Below, piece after piece: positions 29,449-38,247 of a stretch of 64,000 nucleotides of DNA (the stretch's first letter is position 1; each line of letters begins with the position of its first letter). This DNA comes from Promethearchaeota archaeon. Lineage in GTDB: Archaea; Asgardarchaeota; Lokiarchaeia; Sigyniarchaeales; SOKP01. A program made the position numbers and the translations under genes. Location: positions 614,410 through 678,409 of the forward strand of contig JAHPZA010000009.1 of the NCBI GenBank assembly GCA_019058445.1, given 5' to 3'. The notes below the pieces were generated by a model. It saw nothing but the letters and a program-made list of their open reading frames with translations. It made no database searches and had not been told where the DNA came from.

Positions 29449-30222
29449 TTATTCTAGTACGTCTCGGGGGTAAGTTTTTTTCGCATTATCTGCTACCTTT
29501 AAATCTATTTCTAAAGTAAAAAATGGGTTTTCAGGAGATGTGGTTCCTAATATTTCTCCATTTTCAGGTTCAATGATCCAACCTTTACCTCCAAATTTAA
29601 CTCCATGTTTGCTATAACCTCGACGATTAGATGACAAACAATAAGCCCCAGACATTATGGCTGCAACTCGACCTGCTAAAAGCCATTTTTCTACTGAAGA
29701 AAATAAACTTGCCCTAGGACATAATAATAATTGAATTCCCTGCTTTGCATAATCACGAGCATGTTCAGTAAACCAAAGCTCTGTACAAATGAGAAATCCG
29801 ATACATACATTATGTAAAATAATTGTAGAAAAGTTCTTTTCTCCTCTATCATACCAAGTTGCTTCCCAAAATCCTTGCTCATTTGGTAAATAGTATTTTG
29901 TGTGCACATCTGTAAAGCCGGTCTCCTGATTCCAAGTAAATCCTTCATTGAAATGGCTTCCAGACTTGAATATCGGGCGAGTCCCTATTATTATAATCCC
30001 TTCTAATGAATGAAAACTAGGCATCCACTTTTCATGGGCGAGCACAGCATCTTTCCAAATTTGAAAATCCACTTGATCTGTGTCTGCCATCCAAGGATAA
30101 AAGGGCATCTCAGGAAGAAGGAGTAAATCACTTTTTTCATTTTTCACATGTGCTACTAAAGTTGGCCAATCCTCTTCAAATTCTTCAAGATTATCATGCA
30201 ATTCGCAAACAGTAACCTTCAT
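29449..30222 (-). CDS. Carbon-nitrogen hydrolase (nitrilase superfamily)
   Basis: Catalytic triad motifs LLPE, HTKYYLP, ICTELWF. Confidence 0.9.
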   Translation of the reverse strand: MKVTVCELHDNLEEFEEDWPTLVAHVKNEKSDLLLLPEMPFYPWMADTDQVDFQIWKDAVLAHEKWMPSFHSLEGIIIIGTRPIFKSGSHFNEGFTWNQETGFTDVHTKYYLPNEQGFWEATWYDRGEKNFSTIILHNVCIGFLICTELWFTEHARDYAKQGIQLLLCPRASLFSSVEKWLLAGRVAAIMSGAYCLSSNRRGYSKHGVKFGGKGWIIEPENGEILGTTSPENPFFTLEIDLKVADNAKKTYPRDVLE

Positions 30223-30304
30223 TTAAATTTCTCTTTATCCTATGCAATTATTATTATGAAGGAAAATAACTTAACTTATCTTTTTTTGTAGTTAATAATG
30301 GAAA

Positions 30305-31039
30305 TCACATAATAGAAAAGAATTTAAACACAGAACTTGGGTCAAATTGAATGATTTTTTCTAAGGGGATAAATGTGTTAAGAACTAAATAGGATCTTAG
30401 ATCTTCTTCCTTATTCAATTCATCCTGCAATATGATTTCTCGCATCTTTTGATTAAATTCCTTAACTAATTTATCATAGGATTTCTTTCCCTTTTCAGTA
30501 AGAAACCACGCATTATACTTTATGCGATTATCAAGGTATACGTTCCGATAATTGACACCTGAATCAGATTTTTCCATTAAACTGGAATCATCAATAACTT
30601 TATATATCTGGTTAATTAGATCAAATATATTTATAATTAATTGGAAAAATGTTATATCATTTTGAATAACATAGTGAAATAGTTCTCGATTTTCTTTTTT
30701 TTGTAAGTTTTCTAAATCTTCAAAATTAACAGATAATTTCTCAAGTAAATCAGGGATTAATTCATAAATGTTCGAATCTGTTGTTCCTCGTTTTTTTTTA
30801 GTGGAAATTTTGATTATATCATCAAATTTCTTTAAATGATGAGATGTTGTAGATTTTACTCTTCCAAGTAGCGTACTTAACTCTGTTAAACTTAATTTTC
30901 TGAAAACGATTAATAAGAGTATTAATCGGAGGCGAGTCAAATCATTTAATAATGATAATGTATGTATTCTCTGTTTATATTTATCTTTGAGTGCTTTTGA
31001 ATCTTTTCCTGCTTTTATATCAGAATTCATTTCATTCAT
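30305..31039 (-). CDS. ArsR-type winged-helix transcriptional regulator with extended C-terminus
   Basis: LNDLTRLRL...LSLTELSTLLGRVKSTTSHHLKK; start at MNEMNS preferred. Confidence 0.82.
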   Translation of the reverse strand: MNEMNSDIKAGKDSKALKDKYKQRIHTLSLLNDLTRLRLILLLIVFRKLSLTELSTLLGRVKSTTSHHLKKFDDIIKISTKKKRGTTDSNIYELIPDLLEKLSVNFEDLENLQKKENRELFHYVIQNDITFFQLIINIFDLINQIYKVIDDSSLMEKSDSGVNYRNVYLDNRIKYNAWFLTEKGKKSYDKLVKEFNQKMREIILQDELNKEEDLRSYLVLNTFIPLEKIIQFDPSSVFKFFSIM

Positions 31040-31149
31040 TATAATCTGAATAATTATATAATAATAATTATTAAAAATTTTAAATAGAAGCATTTGTCTA
31101 TAATTATATCAATAGAATAAATTAATTAAACAAATAAGTAGAGAATAGA

Positions 31150-31884
31150 ATGGTTGTATTAACTCCGATTTTTATGGCAACGGGAATATTCTCTGTTATC
31201 TGGGTTGGATTTGGTACGCTTATCGGAATACTATTTTTAAAAAAATATTATTCGTTGAAATACCGACCTATGCTTCTATGGGGATTATGCTGGCTATTAT
31301 TAATGAAATTTTGGTGGCCTTATGCGATAAATTTTGTATTAATTCTCATGGGGGGAGAAACGTTGCCTTTAAAAATCATTGCCTTAATTGCTCTTACCAC
31401 GTCTCCCTTCCATTTTATTTTATGGATGGCAGCATGGGTGGATATTATGTATGAAAAGCAGTTCAAGTTAAGTGTTTCAATTATGCTTATCTATGGAATA
31501 ATTTTTCAGATAATCTTCTGGACGTTATTTTTTATTGATTTATCATTTATTCTGGTTTTAAATAGCCCATTTGATTATACCTTTGTTGGAATTATACAAC
31601 TCTTAGTGCTTGGAGAACTTATTACTTTTGTACTAAGTGCAATGCTTTTATATATTAAGGGACGTACGTCATTAGATCCTATAATTAGAGTAAAAAGATT
31701 GCTCTTTTTTTTACACGCCATAGCCTTCTTCATAGGTGTTATGTTAGATGTAGCATTTTCGGATTTTATTACGATAATGGTATCTAGAATCATAATGATG
31801 GTAGCTCCATTGTGCCTCTATCTTTCTGAAGCTTACCCCAAAGGAATGGAAAAATTACTTCTTAGGAACCAGAGATTGAAATAA
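31150..31884 (+). CDS. Hypothetical approximately 7-TM membrane protein
   Basis: Seven hydrophobic segments with short basic loops; no soluble output domain. Confidence 0.78.
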   Translation: MVVLTPIFMATGIFSVIWVGFGTLIGILFLKKYYSLKYRPMLLWGLCWLLLMKFWWPYAINFVLILMGGETLPLKIIALIALTTSPFHFILWMAAWVDIMYEKQFKLSVSIMLIYGIIFQIIFWTLFFIDLSFILVLNSPFDYTFVGIIQLLVLGELITFVLSAMLLYIKGRTSLDPIIRVKRLLFFLHAIAFFIGVMLDVAFSDFITIMVSRIIMMVAPLCLYLSEAYPKGMEKLLLRNQRLK

Positions 31885-31976
31885 TAATTTTTAATTAATC
31901 ATAATAAGGAATAAAAATTAGTTCTAAAAATAATAAAAAAAAATTAATTTAATAGAATTTTAATTTGAATTGTATT

Positions 31977-33386
31977 TTAACGGTAGATACCCATATCTTT
32001 GAGCTTTTTTACAAGTGCTAGTTTCTCTTCTCCTTCAAGTGTATAAAATTTTTTAAATATCAACCCCATGATAATCATCATAATCCCCGGAATTAATGCG
32101 GTATGAATACGGATACCCAATAGAGCTGCGGCAGTTTGATCTGCTGGCCCAAAAGCATTTGGATCGGTATTATACCCTGTTAAGAGATGGATGGGGAGTA
32201 TTACAAGAAAAATAAGAAGAAATGCAACACGAAAGAAAAAGGTTCTTATCCCTACCATACTCGCATCTACGCGGAAACCCATATGACTAGAGACCTCATC
32301 ATAGGTATCTGAAGCCACGGGCATGAGCATAGTGGTCAAACCAATCCCGTTTATTTGGAATATAATAGTACAGATTAAATGTGCCCAAAAGTTAGGTGTG
32401 AAAAAAAACTGTAGATATAAAATGCCTTGAAGTATATAAGTTACCCAATAAGTTTTCTTGAATCCATGCTTTCGAGAATAGTTATACCAGAATGGTATAG
32501 ATAATATAGCAGCAGCGGTACCTAATAACGCGAGTAAGGTGTTCATTGCAAAAGGCACACCATAAACATCCTTTAACATATATGGCAAAGACGCGAGATA
32601 TATAGTTGACGCAGTTACTTGTATCGTATAACCCGCTAAAGATACAGTGAAATTTTTTGTTTTAAGTGCAGTTTTCAAGGTACGAAAAAAACTAGTCTTC
32701 TCTGCTTTCTCATATGCGGTTATAAACATCTGTTTCATTTCTGCTGACTCTTTTATTCCAGGAAAAATAATTATACTGAAGATGGCCATAAGGATTATCA
32801 TAACTAAAGCACTAAATGCAAATGACGCTGGGTTTCCGAATTCTATTAGTAAAGACCCTATAATAATCATACCGGTTATTACTAAAAACATTATAATCGT
32901 TACTATCGCAAAAGATCTTCTCCGTTCGTATTCTGAGGGGAACTGGTTGGTGTAGCCTCCATATACGTGGTCATTATAAATTGAGAAAAAAGTGTCGAAA
33001 GCGCACGTCATAAGTATAAACCATAGAAACATCACCATTGCGCCCATGCCTTGAGGGGGTATCCAGATTAAGTAGAAAAATATAAATATTAGGGGAGTGC
33101 ATACCACAACCCATGGAGCTCGTAGTCCATATCGTGGTGTCCATTTCAAGGGTTTATCCGTAAGGAAGCCTAAGAGTGGGTCGTTCACCATGTTCCATAA
33201 GGCAAATATTACGCCTGCAAGCAAAATATAGATAGCAGATAATCCCATTTCGACCTCATAAAAATAGAGTAGATTTGACAAACCATATAAAAGTATATAG
33301 TTGACAACAACATAGCCGAAACCGTAGGATATCATTTTTCCCGTAGAAGCTATTTCCCATTGACTCAAATCTTCTTCAATTGCCAT
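31977..33386 (-). CDS. MFS/GPH (MelB-like) glycoside transporter
   Basis: WNMVNDPLLGFLTD...GLRAPW; about 12 TM; TGY loop near C-terminus. Confidence 0.92.
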   Translation of the reverse strand: MAIEEDLSQWEIASTGKMISYGFGYVVVNYILLYGLSNLLYFYEVEMGLSAIYILLAGVIFALWNMVNDPLLGFLTDKPLKWTPRYGLRAPWVVVCTPLIFIFFYLIWIPPQGMGAMVMFLWFILMTCAFDTFFSIYNDHVYGGYTNQFPSEYERRRSFAIVTIIMFLVITGMIIIGSLLIEFGNPASFAFSALVMIILMAIFSIIIFPGIKESAEMKQMFITAYEKAEKTSFFRTLKTALKTKNFTVSLAGYTIQVTASTIYLASLPYMLKDVYGVPFAMNTLLALLGTAAAILSIPFWYNYSRKHGFKKTYWVTYILQGILYLQFFFTPNFWAHLICTIIFQINGIGLTTMLMPVASDTYDEVSSHMGFRVDASMVGIRTFFFRVAFLLIFLVILPIHLLTGYNTDPNAFGPADQTAAALLGIRIHTALIPGIMMIIMGLIFKKFYTLEGEEKLALVKKLKDMGIYR

Positions 33387-33488
33387 GATAAATTTCCTTT
33401 ATTGTATTTTATTTAATTTTCTATATTGGATTTATTAAATTTGTTTAAGTTTGTGTTTAGATATTTAAATTTGTAATCAATAAAAGTG

Positions 33489-33523
33489 TTCGATCATTAT
33501 ATAAATATATCGAATGGTTCAAT
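33489..33523. promoter_or_regulatory. TATA box flanked by inverted-repeat half-sites upstream of the GPH transporter
   Basis: TTCGAT-N14-ATCGAA encloses minus-strand TTTATATA; overlapping ATCGAA-tgg-TTCAAT. Confidence 0.5.
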
Positions 33524-33726
33524 TTTTTAACCATTTTTGTCTCGATTAATTTTATTTTGATATAACTATATTTAAGCCTTTTTATCAAAAAGAGATTTAA
33601 TTGTTAATTGAAAATTATCTTTAATGAAAAATGTTAAGATATCTTTCTTTTCATTTCAAATAAAAGATTTTAATTTAAATTGAATATTGATATCAATAAG
33701 GAAACTAGTGTGGGAATATTATAAAA

Positions 33727-34362
33727 ATGAGTTCAGATAAAAATGAAATAAAAGAAGAGCAAAAAGCTGTTTCTAAAAAGGAGAAATTGTATATTTATTT
33801 ATTCTGTGCTGTTTCTTTTGGTTTTACCTTGCTAATACTCCTATTAAGACTCTTCACAAAATGGGAATTAGTCCTTAGAAGACCATACACTGAAGCGTGG
33901 GCTTTTTTTTTCTGGCTTCTCATCTTAGCCTTTATTATATCACTATTTTATTTTGAAAAAAGAGAGATTGTTGTATTATTCTTAAGTAGCTTTATAGCCT
34001 TGTTTTGGGAGGTATTGGCTGAACCTTTTGGGTGGTATTTTGATTTGTGGCCTTTCGCCCCCCATTTAGATGACCATGTTGAAGTTTTTTATTTAGCATT
34101 GCTGCTTGGCTTTGAATTTTACGGAGGGTATTATATTTTTGGCATGTTGTACATTAAAATATATAACAGCGAATTTAAATATAGAATCCATCTCTTAATA
34201 ACAATGTGCATGGTTTTAACAGTTTGTGGGTGGCTCGGTGATATCCACATAGCTCGATTTGACACTTATATCATAACATTCTTTGTCTGGTTAATTCTTA
34301 ATTCCTCGCATTTGATGGGAGTTATTTTCTTATACAAGTATATCATGAAAAGCGGGGATTAA
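33727..34362 (+). CDS. Hypothetical membrane protein (about 6 TM)
   Basis: Hydrophobic 211-aa ORF. Confidence 0.75.
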   Translation: MSSDKNEIKEEQKAVSKKEKLYIYLFCAVSFGFTLLILLLRLFTKWELVLRRPYTEAWAFFFWLLILAFIISLFYFEKREIVVLFLSSFIALFWEVLAEPFGWYFDLWPFAPHLDDHVEVFYLALLLGFEFYGGYYIFGMLYIKIYNSEFKYRIHLLITMCMVLTVCGWLGDIHIARFDTYIITFFVWLILNSSHLMGVIFLYKYIMKSGD

Positions 34363-34495
34363 ATTCTTTTTTTTCCCTTTTTTCTATCATCATATTTTGA
34401 AATTAAAAAATAACTAATTTTGTTTGATTACTAGAAGAAATTAATAAAAAATCAAACATTTGCAGTCTTATTGATATACTCTTTTTCATATTTCT

Positions 34496-35785
34496 ATGAA
34501 ATGTATAGAGAGATTTAAAGAACTTTGGAAGAGTTATAACGTATTTCGAATTGCTGTGGTAATTCACTTATGTTATTTTATAATCTCACTTATTTGTGTC
34601 CTCACAATATTAAGAGATCAAAATGATTTTCTTATTTATTTTAATGCGGGGAGAATTTTTTACACAAACATCAATGACTTATATAATCAGGAGCACTACA
34701 TTTGGGATTATAGATACCTTCCATTGTCTGCAATGTTTTTTGTTCCATTTTATCTCTTAGGTTTTGACTTGGGATTTATAGTTTTCCATGTATTGAATTT
34801 AATTTTGAATATATTAATCTGTGTGTTGCTTTATAAAATTATCAGATTAGTAAGAAAGGAAGATCATGAGCAAGATGATAAGAGGATTATTTTATACATT
34901 AGCTTGTATTTAGTAGCTGCCCCTCAAATGTTTAATTATATTCTTGGTCAAATCAATTTATACATTACATTTTTTATGCTTATAGCGCTTTATATTTTTT
35001 TAGAATTCGAACAATTAAAATGGCATTTATTGGGAAGTATGGTATTGGGGTTAAGTATTGTGTTAAAACCTACAGCCCTTCTCTTAATTCCTTTTTTAAT
35101 AGTAATTAATTATAATGTATATCACAAAAAACTAATTTTCGATTTTTATAAAAGTGCCATTAGAATAATCGGAGTAATATTTCCAATTTCATTAAATATT
35201 ATCATTTTTCTCTTATATCCTAAATTATGGGATGGCTTCGTTGAGACTAATTTTACAGGGGGAAATCCACTCACCTTAAACTTCTCATTTAGCATCACAA
35301 AGATTATTTTAAATTTTTGTTATATGTATAACATCCCGTTCAATCAAATCTATATTCTATTGATTGTTTTTGGAATATTTGGCATTTTAGGGTATATATT
35401 TTTTCTTTTTGGAAAATATCATGAAAGAGATTCCATTATTTATGGCTTTACATTCGGTTTAGTAATAACTTTATTAGTATATTATGATTCTTGGAATCAT
35501 CATTTGCTAAATCTGACACCCTTATTGATTATTTTGATATTTATTTTGCCCCGTAATTCAGATATTACTGATAAATATATTAAAAAAGGATTTTTCTTCT
35601 TCAGTTTTTTCGATTTAGCATTTATGGGACTATGGTTTCTTACAGTACTTTGGTTCCCCTATAATTTCGCGAGTACAATTTTTCTACTATTAATTTTTTA
35701 TGGTTTAAGCAAACATAGTCTATCTACAGATAATAAGGATTCATTCAATAAACACGTTAAGAAAATCCAAGGAGGGAAAGTTTGA
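34496..35785 (+). CDS. GT-C fold glycosyltransferase family 87 (DUF2029)
   Basis: DF.IYF.AG, LY, YRYLP, LGQIN, LKP, W.HH motifs; multi-TM. Confidence 0.85.
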   Translation: MKCIERFKELWKSYNVFRIAVVIHLCYFIISLICVLTILRDQNDFLIYFNAGRIFYTNINDLYNQEHYIWDYRYLPLSAMFFVPFYLLGFDLGFIVFHVLNLILNILICVLLYKIIRLVRKEDHEQDDKRIILYISLYLVAAPQMFNYILGQINLYITFFMLIALYIFLEFEQLKWHLLGSMVLGLSIVLKPTALLLIPFLIVINYNVYHKKLIFDFYKSAIRIIGVIFPISLNIIIFLLYPKLWDGFVETNFTGGNPLTLNFSFSITKIILNFCYMYNIPFNQIYILLIVFGIFGILGYIFFLFGKYHERDSIIYGFTFGLVITLLVYYDSWNHHLLNLTPLLIILIFILPRNSDITDKYIKKGFFFFSFFDLAFMGLWFLTVLWFPYNFASTIFLLLIFYGLSKHSLSTDNKDSFNKHVKKIQGGKV

Positions 35786-36543
35786 AATTCAATTCTTTTT
35801 TAATTAGTTACTTTTTATTATTAATAATACTAATTGGATTAATTCCATTCGCAAAAGCGTCTGATTACAAGATTGGTGTAGAAAAGGGAGATGTTTTTAT
35901 ATGGAACTGTAATGTGTGCGATAATAATAAAATAGATGAGATATTAGGAGAAGAATGGGATGATGAGGGTTTTTTTGAAGATATAGAGCAAGGAACTCAT
36001 ATGAAGTGGAGAATAAGAGAAACTGATGATGATGAAAAAATTTATAGCTCGGAAACAAAAGATAATGAAACTGTGTACACTTTAGAATTTAGTAAATGGA
36101 TCTGGAAAACTACTGATGAGTGGGGTGATGAAGATAAGGAAGAATATTCTAATCTTTTTAAAGATCCTGATGATTTCTCAGATGATTTTATTTTTCCTGA
36201 ATTAGCTCCAATTTGGCTCCCACAACCTATGGGGGAATATTTGAAAAATATTGACCTATATGAAGGATATACGGTAGATGCTAGAGTAATAGATGCTATT
36301 ACCTGTGAGATCAATAGAGCTGATATTGATGATAAATATCCTAAAGAAAATATAAAAGTTGTAGCAATGTATAACGACCAAGGCATTTTAAAATCTTATA
36401 AACTCTATATAGGAGATCATAAAGTAATTTTAGATATCTCCTTAGAATCGTTTATCACAATTAATTTCCTCTTGTTATCAATTATAACAGCATTTTTTTA
36501 TGTCGGAATCATTTATGTTATATATAAACTAATGAAATCATAA
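35782..36543 (+). CDS. Exported acidic protein with signal peptide and C-terminal TM anchor
   Basis: N-terminal hydrophobic segment ending AKA-S; C-terminal TM; GGAGG upstream of TTG; overlaps the GT87 stop codon. Confidence 0.78.
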   Translation: MKFNSFLISYFLLLIILIGLIPFAKASDYKIGVEKGDVFIWNCNVCDNNKIDEILGEEWDDEGFFEDIEQGTHMKWRIRETDDDEKIYSSETKDNETVYTLEFSKWIWKTTDEWGDEDKEEYSNLFKDPDDFSDDFIFPELAPIWLPQPMGEYLKNIDLYEGYTVDARVIDAITCEINRADIDDKYPKENIKVVAMYNDQGILKSYKLYIGDHKVILDISLESFITINFLLLSIITAFFYVGIIYVIYKLMKS

Positions 36544-36588
36544 AGATTTGAAATATTAATTCAATTATAAAATAATATCTTAGAAAAA

Positions 36589-37308
36589 ATGGAGATAATA
36601 CCTGCTATTGATATTAGTGGAGGAAAATGTGTTAGATTATTTAAAGGTCAAAAAGGAACTGAAAAAATATATTATGAAAATCCACTTGATGCTTTGGTTT
36701 TTTGGATTGAACAAGGAGCTAAGAGATTACATTTTGTTGACTTAGATGGAGCATGGGGATCGGATAAAAATAAAGAAATTCTAAAGAAGATGTTAAGAAA
36801 GGCAAAAGATAGGAGTTTAAAAATTCAAATAGGAGGTGGAATCAGGACATATCAAGCGGCCGTTGATCTTATCGATATTGGAGCTGAACGTGTTATAATT
36901 GGAACTCTCGCGATAAAACAACCAGAGGTTATAAAAAAATTATCTGACGAAGTTGGAGCGGAACATATTATTGTTGCTTTAGATTATAAAGAAGGTAAAA
37001 TCTCAACACATGGGTGGACCCAACAAACAAATAAAGATCCTTTTATGTATGGAAAAATAATTGCCATGCTTGGAGCAGGATATATATTATTTTCTTCAGT
37101 CGAAGCTGATGGAGCTTTTATTGGACCAGATATAAAAAATATTGAAAAAATGGTACAATCTGTGGACATTCCAGTATATGCTGCGGGTGGTGTGAGAAAT
37201 GAGGGAGATATTAAAAATTTGGAAAAAATCGGTACTCATGGAGTTATCATTGGTAAGGCGTTCTATGAAAAAAAATTACCCCTTTCAATATTAAAAAAAT
37301 CAAAATAA
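36589..37308 (+). CDS. hisA: ProFAR isomerase HisA
   Basis: IIPAIDI.GGKCVRL..G, LHFVDLDGA, QIGGGIR, THGW, AAGGV, IIGKAFY. Confidence 0.96.
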   Translation: MEIIPAIDISGGKCVRLFKGQKGTEKIYYENPLDALVFWIEQGAKRLHFVDLDGAWGSDKNKEILKKMLRKAKDRSLKIQIGGGIRTYQAAVDLIDIGAERVIIGTLAIKQPEVIKKLSDEVGAEHIIVALDYKEGKISTHGWTQQTNKDPFMYGKIIAMLGAGYILFSSVEADGAFIGPDIKNIEKMVQSVDIPVYAAGGVRNEGDIKNLEKIGTHGVIIGKAFYEKKLPLSILKKSK

Positions 37309-37395
37309 ATTAATAAAAACTAAGATAAATAAGCAATATTTCCAACTTTAACTTAAATAAATATTAAATTTAATCTGAAATTAACAAAATTATCC

Positions 37396-38115
37396 ATGCA
37401 GCAATATCTTTTTTTTCAAGAGTATTTGATTATTTTTTTTCCAGCACTGCTATTGGGGCTTCTACATACAATCTCACCATGTGAAGATAAGAGTATTTTC
37501 TGTTTTTACACATTTGGTATCACTAAAGACACTAGAAAAAGTTTATATATCTTAATTTTATACGGATTAGGGCTAATGACGGCAAATTTAACAATTGCGA
37601 CTATCATGATATTAATAAGTTTAGTACCTCTGATTATTTTTCCTGCATATGTTGCTGATCCATATGCTATCAATTTTTTTGGATCGCTTTCTTCTACATT
37701 TGTAGCAATTTTCTTTCTATTTTTTATAACCCAACGAGATTATGAACCTCATTCTAAGTTAAAAAAACAATTTAATAAGTTAGATTGGGAAAAAAAAAGA
37801 ACCCCATATCTGTTAGGAGTATTATCAGGATTTCCCCCTTGTATTTTTGAATTGTTTATTTATTCTCAATGTTTAATTTTTTCTTTAAGTTATGGTTTTT
37901 TAGAAGCAATTTTAACGGTGTTTTATTTCTCTATTGGTACTTTTATCGGACTTTTTCCTCTTGCATTAGCTAAAGAAAGTTTTGAAACCAGATTTAATGA
38001 ACAAAAGAGGAAAAGAATCTATATTATCATGATCTTGATAATAATTCTATTTAACACGATAATTCTGATACTAAGCTTCCTTAGAATTCACATTTTCCCC
38101 GTTCACGTGCATTAA
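37396..38115 (+). CDS. Membrane protein, DsbD_2/NicO/TauE-like (metal or redox transporter fold)
   Basis: LLGLLHTISPC and GFPPC motifs; FSIGT; about 6 TM. Confidence 0.65.
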   Translation: MQQYLFFQEYLIIFFPALLLGLLHTISPCEDKSIFCFYTFGITKDTRKSLYILILYGLGLMTANLTIATIMILISLVPLIIFPAYVADPYAINFFGSLSSTFVAIFFLFFITQRDYEPHSKLKKQFNKLDWEKKRTPYLLGVLSGFPPCIFELFIYSQCLIFSLSYGFLEAILTVFYFSIGTFIGLFPLALAKESFETRFNEQKRKRIYIIMILIIILFNTIILILSFLRIHIFPVHVH

Positions 38116-38247
38116 ATAAGATATTTTGATAGTTTCTAAATATAAGCATTTAAATATAAAAACTGGTCTAGTAAAAATTATTATTATGGTATTATTATAT
38201 TATCTTTAAAGAAAAATAAGAGAAAAAAATAACAATAAATTACAGTC

